Positions 1 to 11,200 of a stretch of DNA of 64,000 nt are shown here, piece after piece. The notes beneath the pieces are model-generated. The model was given only the letters and a program-made list of their open reading frames with translations, was not told the DNA's origin and ran no database searches. This DNA is from Tubiluchus corallicola (Eukaryota > Animalia > Priapulida): contig JAQGDQ010000032.1 in NCBI GenBank assembly GCA_030141605.1, forward strand, positions 372,001 through 436,000. Reading direction: 5' to 3'. Position 1 is the stretch's first letter. Every line of letters starts with the position of its first letter. Made by a program: the position numbers and the translations under genes.

Positions 1-256
1 TAAGGATCTCGCTAAGAATTTATCAACTAAAAACATGTTCTAACAAAACTGCCGTTACAGTAAATAAACATAAACCAGTCTACTACATAAAAATTATTTT
101 ATACACTACACAATTTTCTAATTCTCCCTTCAGGTTTATTCATAAACTTGATTCTTTCCTCAAGCAATTTACGGAAACAGATTAAATCGTGCAAGGGCAG
201 TGAAAAACAGTTAAATATTTTATAAACGTCAAAATATGTTAAGACTTTACACTTAC

Positions 257-298
257 AGATGCAAGAACTAACAACATGAAAACGAATTTGGACTCCAT
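257..298 (-). CDS. Paralog B of the Gly/Tyr-rich secreted protein gene: signal-peptide exon MESKFVFMLLVLAS (rest of CDS presumably left of the window)
   Basis: Exon 257-326 has an AG acceptor (plus ct 327-328, context cagtcctgtaaaaatg, near-identical to 6175-6189) and a GTAAGT donor. It has 42 coding nt in phase 0, exactly like paralog A, and both end in LLVLAS. Noncoding exon 1 starts at 886 (donor 884-885). Confidence 0.8.
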
Positions 299-885
299 TT
301 TAAATTCTAAGCACACTCTTTCAGTCCTGTAAAAATGTAATGAAACATGTTCACACATATTACTTCTACTACTATTACTGTAAAATTACTTGCAGTAAAA
401 ATGTTTCTGGTAAATGCCTTTGGGAGAAAAGCAGTACTTATTTAACTCTTAGTACTTTACAGAAGCACAAGATAGAGCAAAAATATCACTGAAGGAAATG
501 CTTCAAAAACAGTTTATTGGAGTAGCAAAAAGTGAAGAATTAATAAGTGCGTTAAACAGAAAATTAATACTTAAATATACTAATTAATAATTAATTTTAT
601 GAAATCAAGAACTAAAAATGCAAATAAGAATATAATTTATAATAACTTAGAATATAATAACTCAGAATGTGAATTTAGAAGTAAGAATTGTACAAACATT
701 AAACAACATGAGCATGTGATTGTGATAAAAAAAATTACAAAAAACAACAATACAAAAAACTGAATTATGAAATCGGACGTTACACTTAGTAGTTTGTACA
801 GAACTGAAATTGAAAATTAATGAAAATACGTTACAAAAAGTTTGAAAGACTTGAATATAAAACGAACAAAAATTGAAATTCTCAC

Positions 886-1015
886 CTAGGTTAGATGATC
901 AAAAAAGTAGCTGTGCTTTGACCACTGCTATAGTCTAGAACTTTCTAGTCTAGAAATAACATCCAGGACAGGATGGTTTTTATAGCATAATTAATGCAGT
1001 ATGCTGATGCATGAC
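886..1015 (-). promoter_or_regulatory. Paralog B noncoding exon 1 and core promoter (TATA 977-985; Pax-like GTCATGCATCAGCATAC 999-1015)
   Basis: Aligns with 6626-6756; the distance from TATA to the motif is the same (30 nt end to end). Confidence 0.7.
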
Positions 1016-1523
1016 AAAATATAGGAGCTCCGCCGAATTTCAATTTCCCTGCCGCATGTTACATGAAAGAATCACATGTCCTTGATACCAGTCAAATGTC
1101 ATAAATTATTATTTGATAGCGTGACCCTAGGGCTAACTGTCTATCAAAAAATGCTATCTATTTAAAGATTAGCCTTGACCAAAATGTACAGGTAATGTAT
1201 AATATCGTACGATTTTGAACCAGCATTCATGATTAAACTTGTTCTAAGCTCAGAGTTAACTATTCTAAAAAACAAATGTGTGGGACAGGATGTAATGTTT
1301 GCATACTATCGAATTATAAGCTGTACTGTTGAAAGTGAAGGCTAGCTGAGTTTCACGTTTTGCCAGTTTGCTTTCACATATATAATCAGACATACAAAAC
1401 TGCTTATTAATTATTTACCTTACAAAGGACAAAACCAAATCAAAATCAGTACTTAGCAAAGAATTCAAGCTGACACTAGGATAACACAATTAACTCTTAA
1501 TGATAAGAATAGTGACAATTGAA

Positions 1524-1686
1524 TTAAAAAAATCTTACAATTACAAAACAAGAAAAAAGGAGACAGAGAAGATGTTTCAAAGAACCACTGTACTTTATCT
1601 TTTCTCTTCCACGTGAAGATAAAGCACAATGGTATGTTGAAATGTTGTGTCTTTTCTTTCTTGTTTTTAATTGTGAAATTTTTTAA
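1524..1686. repeat. Imperfect ~75-bp-arm palindrome (hairpin, MITE-like)
   Basis: 1524-1601 is approximately the reverse complement of 1616-1686, with a ~14-nt loop. Confidence 0.65.
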
Positions 1687-3785
1687 ATCACTGACGACAG
1701 AAATTTTGCTAAATTGTTCGACACAGTGTAACGCATAAAACTGTGCACATATTAAATAATCATCATATTAGTAGTGGGACGGGCCAGAGTAAAAAAAAAA
1801 TCAAATGTTAATTTCATCAGCTGCTCTGTAGCGCATCACCAGGATGTACATGTGTGTGTACGCAATACAGATATGTGCAATTGCAGTCTCTGGCTTGTAA
1901 GTGATAGTATGATGAAAACGTGAGAAGAAAATGTTAGAAACTAACTGTCACAAAAGAAACATAACCAGTTCTACCACTATTGCCAAGCCACATTAAAATC
2001 AGTGACACACCAAGGTATAGCCTGAAGCACTGTAGTTATCACTATCAAATCTTTTCCAGGAAAATACTAGGCTATACGGATTTTTACAGCTATTCTTTCA
2101 CAGATATAAACCAAACCCGAAACTAATAAAGGAATTAAATTTTGCGTGTATTTTTATAAAGTTCGGTACACTGCAAGCTGGAATCCAGCATTCAATGGCA
2201 GGGCCTACTCAAAGACGTTTGTGGTGAAACTTGCGGTTGGCTCATTATAATCTCATGTTAAGTTAACAAGATATTCATTAGAAACAGGAATTAAAAAACT
2301 TTAGATGCAAATTATTAATTCTAGTGCTACAACTGGAAGAGAGAAGGACCTGAGTATAAATGTCATGTTCATGCAATTTACCAACCTTAGCAAAGTACAG
2401 GGCTTAGTGAATATTTCATTATCACCTAGACAACTACTACCATCACTGAAATATTAAGTTAGCTCAGAAGCCCAATAATTGACATTTTTTTTCAATAAAT
2501 AATAAGCACAAAAGTTGCTTGAATGATCTGAAAAATGCTCTGACAAAACACACATCTTTTTAGAGACTGTTGGCAGTCTTACTTTCTAACTGTGGCCCTT
2601 ACTTCGAACACTCATCTTTGGCTTTGTTGATGTGGCATTGGGGGTTTACATGTTAGACAATCTTCCCTGTTAGGTGACGAGAGAGTACCAAACTAAAAAT
2701 GTGAGCAATATGGTCTTACCTAAAGAAGAAAAGAAGAAATCAAACAATAATTATAATTCAGACTTGTTTATTTCAAATTTACAAATCACAAGTATTATAT
2801 ATTAACAGAAATATACTAAGTATTATGTAATTAACAGTTACTTTACAGAATAACACATATACAACTATACAAGTATTTGCAATTATTAATCAGTTAAACA
2901 TCAGTTTATAGCATGCTTTAGTTTACCTTTATGTAAAAAAAACTTTAGGTAATCATCAAGAAATCACATTGAAACTTTGGCAGAAAGGAAGTGCTACAAA
3001 TAAAGCTAGAATTCCATGCAAATCCCTTTACTCCATTTGCCACTATGACATTCCATTTTTAGAACTTTTTCTAACTTACTAAGGCACTGCAACTCGGTTG
3101 CTTACTCTGAAGCCCTGAATTCATACAATTCTTAACGTAAGAAAACAAGAAACGTACGATAAATTGGATGAACTCAACAAAGATAATGTGATAAAGACAG
3201 TTAATTGAAGCAAATTTCAAAAGGCACTTACACAAATATATAAAATGCTAATTATTTTCACCAGATTAAAGCCTTTAGAACAAACAGCCCATTTACAAAA
3301 AAAATTATACCTGCATACAATACAATTAAAATATTTGTTAATTTTAACAACTTTTGGGGGACATTCCCAGAAGTTCTCTATTACCAAAAATAATCATGTT
3401 AATCACAAAGTGCGTAACGCTAAAACCAAAATACCATGTTATTCTCGTCTGCAAATATAATGGCAGTATAGAGTCAAAAATGCCTTGTAAACATAAATAA
3501 AAAAATTATCATCTCGCTATCGTTATGTACTATAAAGAAGTACTTCTAAGTAAACATTTATTATTAACTTAATTATTAAATTTGTTTTTGATTCTTTTCA
3601 GTACCAAATATGAAGATATTACATGCCTCTTGCATTAAGTGAACTGATTCCTTCACGATATTCTTGATGATCCAAATGACATTCCATTGGCTACTGTTTT
3701 ACCTTTTCAAATCACAAAAACTGAGCTACGCAAAATTACACATATACATGTTTAAGTCCTGACTGTTTCACACATTTTGGCGCTT

Positions 3786-6163
3786 CTAACCAAAAAAGCT
3801 TGAGCCACCATAACCGCCACCATAACTACTTCCATAGCCACCACCTGAACCGTAACCACCACCAAAACCACCCGAGCCGTAACCACCACCAAAACCACGC
3901 GAGCTGTAACCACCGCCATAACCACCCGAGCTGTATCCACCACCATATCCACCAAAACCTCTTCCACCATAACCACCTAATCCACCATAACCCCCATAAC
4001 CGCCTAAGCCGCCATAACTGCCTGAGCCACCATAGCCTCTTCCAAAACCACCATATCCACCACCGTAGCTTCGTCCATATCCACCAAATCCACCATAGCC
4101 ACTTCCATAACCTCCATATCCTCTTCCGTATCCACCATATCCACCAGAGCCTCTTCCATATCCTCCATAGCCCCGACCATAACCTCCATATCCTCCCCCA
4201 TATCCGCCAGAGCGTCTTCCATATCCACCACGACTACTAATGCCATAATTGTAAGGATATCCCCATATAGACGAACCATAACCACGGTAAGCACTTCCAT
4301 AGCCACCATATCTGTCATAGCCACCATAACCGCCTGCATCACCGTATCGTACATTGCCAACATTGTTGAAAAGAGGAGCCCAAAACTGAGCCCTATAGGA
4401 ATAGGTCATAGCAAGAACCTGCAAAAATATCAATAGTGAGTTGTATAGCCCTAATTCATTTCACCCTAGCTTTTTAATTCATTTTTACTTTATTGCACTT
4501 TACCTATGTTATACCATAGTAATTCTTTGGTAGCCGATTATTAACGAATATTATGGATTGTTGTCAAATGTGACATTGACTGTCATTTTCTGAAAGCGAT
4601 GCCTATGAACCAGTTGTATAACACTCTATATAATAATCTATTGTTGAAGAACATTTATTGGCTACTCAAACAATGCAAAGATAGGTGAAGAAGGTGCTCA
4701 CAGTAGTTGTAAAGGAAATACAGTAAGTCGTCACTTAACGATTCCCCGTTTACTAACATTTTGTTTGACCACCTTTTTCTCACTTAACAACTCATGTTTC
4801 GTTTTAACGACAATTTTTTTGGTTTGTTCATAACCATTTTTCATTTTATCAATAATTTTTTTACCTAATACGAAACATTAAGACAGTATAATTACACTGC
4901 ATTATTCTACTGTAAAAGTGACTAGTAATATAAAACTGTACAATTATTACGTTTTTGTTTCTCGACGGATTACCATATGTAGCCATTTGTATCAAGCGAG
5001 ATCGGTATGCAATTTATATGCTTCCAGGCAAACTTTATGGGAAAGAATTTTGCCTGCAACCTGTTGCGATAGCAATCAGACTGAGTATTTGGACGAAAAT
5101 GTCCCAAGGTCGCCCTGGGGCTTGGCTTTCAATATGCAGTATTTAACTGCTAGTTGACTAGGGTTTCAAGGTTAACTAAAGAGACACCATTAGTTAGATA
5201 TTGGTAAGAAAGATAGGTAGTTTCAAGCAAGCAGAATATTTATCAGTAGAAATGTAAATAAAACTCATAAACATTTAATTTATATGATTAAACAGCACTG
5301 ATTTGGAATGTATCTCTATTCTTTTACAATACTTTTTAAGGAAGTCTAGGCTTTGTTTAACAATGTTTCGCTTACCGTCACGTTTAGCAAGGAACACATT
5401 AAACATCGTTAAGCAAGGACTTATTGTACACAATGGAACTGGTGAATTATAATATAACCCCACATCTCAAAAGGTAGACTACTAAATGCCACGGGTAAAA
5501 GTGGATCATGTTACTGCAAAATGTACTTAGAATTCCCATGACAGCTAAGTAGTTTTAATGCCTCCATTGCTACCTATAAATGCAATTATGGGGAATAGTC
5601 ATAAAGTGTATACTTTAGCATACTTAGCATACATAATTATACTATAGTTTAAGAAGATGCAAAATGGTCTGAGAGCATGCCAGCGTTGCCAACATTTATT
5701 ACCCTCCCTAAATACACTGGCATAATAATAATGATAGTGCAAGACCTTGAAATGCAATACGGGCTGATATGGCAAAATTCATCACATATGAGTCTTGTTA
5801 TGGGTTACTGTATATATTATAAGCTTGCATATTGGCACAATGAAACAAGACATGCCTTGAGGTCTCTCCAAAGAACAGAAAATAACATAGTGGCACCAGG
5901 CACAATGAATTATAAGTAGCAATTATATACTGCACTTATATGTGTTTAAATGTAATTACATATGGAAAATGTCTGATCTGGAAAGCAAACATTATGACTA
6001 AATCAGTAATTTTTTTACTGCTAATATGTCACTGTAGTAAAAGATGTACCAAAGTAACTAGCAAAAAATGATATTTATGTATTGGCGTACCACTGGTCAT
6101 GGAATGTTAATTAATGCTTACCGAGGCAAGAACCAGTAGAACAGGCCCGAGTTTACGAGACAT
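3786..6163 (-). CDS. Secreted Gly/Tyr/Arg-rich low-complexity protein (GGY repeats), ~224 aa, paralog A; coding exons 6122-6163 and 3786-4418
   Basis: The spliced product is MSRKLGPVLLVLAS|VLAMTYSYRAQFWAP..., with a hydrophobic signal peptide, then GGYG repeats, ending GGSSFFG*. Introns are canonical GT-AG and phase 0. Noncoding exon 1 is ~6626-6690. AATAAA on minus at 3557-3562. Confidence 0.88.
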
Positions 6164-6625
6164 AGTGATGTTCAAGTCCTGTAAAAATGAATGATTATAT
6201 TCTAATAGTGGTGTATCAAAAAATCTTATAATTTTGTAAATATATAATAGGCATCATGCACTAACTCCTTTTTTTCAAGAGAAATACCAACAGAAAAAAT
6301 TAAATAAGCAAACAAATAATAAAAACAAAAAATAAATAAATAATTTACCATACGAGTGAATGTTGGAATAAATTGATGAATGAATGAACAAACAAGTGAA
6401 TGAATAAATAAATACAATGACCAAATCAACGAATATGAGTACCTAAATAAAATGCAAACAAATGAATTTTAAACAAGAAGCTAAATACAACTAAAAACTA
6501 ATAATCATTTTTTTAAAAAAATAGGCAGTAAAATTGAATTACAAATGCAAAGTCGCTAAACATAAAAATTCCAAACATTTTCATTTATATACATTAATAC
6601 TTTAATACCTTCAAAAAATACTTAC

Positions 6626-6756
6626 CTATAAGGTGATTAGATCAGCAAAAACGTAGCAAACTAGTCACTTCGACTGTTCTAGAAGCAGCTAATAAAAACA
6701 CGCCCACGAATAGAATGCTTTTATAGCTTCATTAACGTCGAACGCTGAAGCATGAC
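6626..6756 (-). promoter_or_regulatory. Paralog A noncoding exon 1 and core promoter (TATA 6719-6726; Pax-like GTCATGCTTCAGCGTTC 6740-6756)
   Basis: AG|GTAAGT donor at 6624-6625, a CTATAAAA box, and a motif conserved with the paralog B promoter. Confidence 0.7.
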
Positions 6757-7721
6757 AAGTAAAATTTCATACAGGGATACACCAGAGTCATCACAATCAT
6801 TGCATTATATTATCCTTCACTGAATAATCACTGCACTATTAAAAGCAGCAGCAGCCAATGGCAAATCACCTCATCAGGTTTTTACTATTCGCTCAATGTT
6901 TTGGTCACTGAAAAGGTCAACTATTCATTCATACTTTCTAAACAATTCATGCTAGAACCTTTGACCTTTGAACTACAAAACTGCCAGAATAATAATTGAC
7001 ATGCCACTAAAATTATGTAGAACTTCAAATTTCCACTACTAACTCTGTTTACTTCTTATTATGTCCATGCAAAAGAAACTTTTTCAAGAATTGGAATTTT
7101 ATTTAGACTTAGCATGTTAATGAGTTACTGTATGTTTTGCATAGCAATTATCAAAAACATATTTATGAATCAACATGGTTCCTTGAACAGAAATGATAGC
7201 TTTTGCCATAATACTAAAAGTATGTTAATTATGAAAAAATTACAGTTTAATAAGGCTCATACCTGTCAAGTGCATTAAAATTCAAGAACGCATTTCTCTT
7301 TGCCAAGGGCAGGGTATGTAAGGTTGCAACTTTCAAAACTGATTGCTAATATCGAGAATGTATTAATGTTACCCCATAAGCTGCCATGATGTAAATAATA
7401 TAATTTGCACTAAACATCAACTCATTATGAGCAATGGGTAAAGTTACTATGCTTGCTATGTGCATTAAACGAAACAACTATCATAAAAATATGGTGATAT
7501 CATGACGGAATCTCTACAATGTACCACAGCAATTAAAAAACAATTTACTATCATAAGTGCTCAGAATACATTTGAACATTGTAAAACTGATCAGAAACAT
7601 TTATTGGTAACTTGATTATTAGTAAATGAATGATCAACCAAAAACGACTTCGGAATTCTTAGCAAGTCTAGCTGTTATTCTAAACAAATACATAATACAA
7701 GAATAACTAACATTCACATAC

Positions 7722-8119
7722 CTGGTGGTAATCAATTGTTTCATTTCTGCATCCATCAGAAGGCAAAATATCAGTTAATTTGAACGGAGCCTGAAATATA
7801 CCAGAAATCATTTAGTTATAAAGCTTAGCAAGTGTTTTATTTTCATCCACTCCAAGCAAGCTGTTAGGCACTCAAAATCAAAAAAGAAGTTCGGTATAAA
7901 AAACTCTGCCCCTCTCATGTTGCCTGTTTGCTGATCACAAGCTCGTGCTTGGCCAAAGAAAATGGCACAACTGGCTCAAAACTTTTGGGATGAATCCAGT
8001 ATACAGGCTTTACTGCTAAGCAATAGTGTTACTGCACTTACAGACTCCAAAGCACAAGTTCAGAATCATAGTCATTGATATTATTCGAATAAGATGATAA
8101 TAATAATAATAATAATAAT

Positions 8120-8213
<94 letters not shown>

Positions 8214-11200
8214 GAGCCCGTATAAAGTGACCATTTAAATTCCGTGGAGTATTATTAATCTACACATACTCCATTGCTCAGTTAGAATTGAGAAGCAGTT
8301 CCAGAGGGGTCCAGACCCCTCCATTTGATACGAAAAATTTAAGTATAACGGGCATTCCGTTTGCCAAGTAAAGCTCTGAAATTGAACTTCATACTGCAAC
8401 CCTGAATTAAAGCTTTGCGAAATGAGGAGGCCTGTGTACTTGATCGGCCACTGGCATTGTCTGACAACATTACTCTCTATGTGATTGTAGTGTAGCTCAA
8501 TGTACGAAAATATCGTTACGAAGCGGAGGCGGAGGCGGAGTTAGAGTGCTATTAGGAAATGATTCATGATCCGGCCCATGCAAGGATTCATAACTGCCAT
8601 CAGTGTGCTTATTTCCTGCTATAATTAGCATTCCTGATCTACCTAGACGTTTGCTGGAAGCAACCGACTGTTAGTAATTAAACAATCTTCTTTAGATGTA
8701 TATAATATGCTGCTGGTTCAGCTGTGTTTGTAGATAAGGTTTTTAACAAATCGATGCCTTGAAATTGACAAAACTGCTAAATTTGTAATACCAGTAATTA
8801 TCATAATTACTATTTAGTGCACTTAGACAGAAATTGTACTCTTCATTGCAGAAACCTTATTTGAAAGCATAGGTTTTTACACAGGTATTTTTACATAGGT
8901 ATATATATATATATATACAAAGTATCTTACAGTCAAAGTAATGGGTAATGAAATGGCATAGCACGATCTTTTACAGTGTACGTTAATTTTCATCAATAAA
9001 TTAGTTAAGGAATGCACTTACAGACTACAGACTGTTAAGTTAAAGGCAATAATATGTAATTATTGTGATAACATACTAACAAGGCTAGCATGGTATTACA
9101 ATAGGCTAAACCAAGAAACCTCAAAAGGATTCAAAAGCTTGAACTAATGTCATCCTGTTGTCTCATATACATGTGCATACTAAGAATCATACTAATTTTC
9201 CAAATAATGCTTTAGTAATCTAAGTCAAGCGTTAGCAAATGAGATCTGATTTCAGATTTTTGCCTAAAATAAGTGAGTATATTTGTGATGTAGTTTTTGG
9301 TTGAAGACTCAGTCCAAATTGCTACTCATCTAGATGCTGTTATTGCTCGTCTTATTGAGAAGATGACATTTAAAAAAGTATCAGGCATTACGAATTTGCA
9401 ATGGATTATCATGAAACTTCACAAGGATATATACTGGAACAAATTCTGCACCAATTGAGAATCCAATGTATTAAAGATGGCATTAAATGACATCATTTTC
9501 GTATCATAAATACTAGATCGAATTTCGCATCAACAGATGGAGTTGGATTTTCGATCGAATGCATTGAATTCAAGATGGCAGCAATAATATCATTTTCATA
9601 TCATGAATACTAGATCAAATTTCGCATCAACTGACTGATTTGGACTTTTGATCCACACATCTTGAATTCAAGATACAGCATTGACAACTTTTCTAAAAAA
9701 TATAAGAACCTAAGCCTAAACCTGCGAATAAATACATACTAAAATAAATTCAGTATCTATTGAGGAAAACACATTTTTGGTTCACCAACTTGTAGTGAGA
9801 ACAAGGCCAATAGTTTGAGTCAAACTTATTCGTGCAGCTCAGCACTCTACAAGCTAGGATTCAACACTCAATGATGGGGTGACTCGGGCCTACTTGATAT
9901 ACATCCCTAGATTCTCTAAGATGAAACACTAAACCAGCAGAAATATTCTTTTTCAAGTTTTCATGCCAATAGCTAGTTAATTGGAGTTTTATGTGTCACC
10001 AGGCCCAAAGAGAGGGGAGTGCAGCCAGTACATTGCTCTGGGGTTCCATGAAGTCTGGGGGCCCACAAATATTAAATTTTGTACGTTGACAAAGACCAGT
10101 ATTCGTGTCAATCAGACACCTTACAGATGCATATTCTTTTTACAATACCTGCTACTGCTGCCTATGTAGAGTGCTCATTCAGCAAACTAAAACAGATTGA
10201 AAATTTCGTTAGATCCAGAATCACACAGGGATGGCTAGTAGACCCAGCAACATTGAGTACTGAAGCTGAACTTGCAAGAAAAGTCAATTTTGATGGAGCT
10301 ATTCATTGTTTTGTAAGGAAAAAGCCCAAACAGCCCCTTTATTTAGCAGAAAATGAATTGGGATGTATTATGGTTCACTGTGAATAAACATAATTCAGTT
10401 ATTAAGGAATAAAGACTATTGAACATAAATAATTGCATTATATTTTATAGTCTTCATGCACTTGTACAGGGGAGGGGGCCCAAAATTTGTCTTGGCTTGG
10501 CACGTAAAAATTCTTTCAGCTGCCTGTGCATCATAACTAAACATAACATGACTTGCAGGAGAGCCTCAGGCAAACAAGCGAACACTGCAGTGCTAGAAGC
10601 CTGTTCCAAATTCCAGAGGCGGATTTAGGATTTTTAAAAGGGAGGGGTCCAAATGTGATCAAGCAAAAAGGCGGATGTGGGGCCCGGGGATGCCAGGGAT
10701 AGCCTCCCCTGTCGCTCAGGTAGGAAGTGGGTGACATGGATTTCCCTTCATTTTAGCCCATTTTGAGCCTTCTAACAAGTACTTGCTGATTAAACTTCAG
10801 AAATTTTTTGGACATTTGTGTTTGAGTTTATAGTTCTAATAACAGTAACTGCTACTACCTTGTATAACAAATAAGAATAAATGGCATAAAAATTCTTAAT
10901 TCTTACAAACCAATGCCTTTTTATTGCCTTAAGACTATCGCCTTGTAGTTTCTGCACTATCACTGTCATTTGCTTTCTTGTCAGATGTCATTTCAGGTTA
11001 ATTTTACTAACCCACAAGTTCTAATTAAGCACCTTGTTGATAGCCAAAATTACATTTACTGCTTATATTATTTATCGAATGAATAATCCAGGTGTTTTTA
11101 AATGTACATGGTTTCTGTACATGGTTACATTCTTGTAAAAACCTATGCTTTCAAATAAGGTTTCTGCAATGCAGAGTACAATTTCTGTCTAAGTGCACTA

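Noticed and set aside
1691-1725. CTGACGA...CGACAC, hammerhead-ribozyme-like
   Set aside because: It lacks the GAAA core and convincing stems.
3800-4363. His/Asn-rich plus-strand ORF and Val/Met-rich alternative-frame ORFs
   Set aside because: These are antisense and frame shadows of the Gly/Tyr codon repeats of the real gene.
5677-5919. Plus-strand ORF with LVMGYCIYYK, faintly like the SPPL2 PA-domain motif
   Set aside because: It is on the wrong strand relative to the SPPL2 exons and the similarity is weak.
7263-7390. Possible further SPPL2 exon (good minus-strand donor at 7261-7262)
   Set aside because: There is no good acceptor and no open frame containing the expected RGNC motif.
8016-8234. 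Poly-Cys/poly-Tyr ORF
   Set aside because: It is a translation of the (CAA)n/(TAA)n microsatellite.
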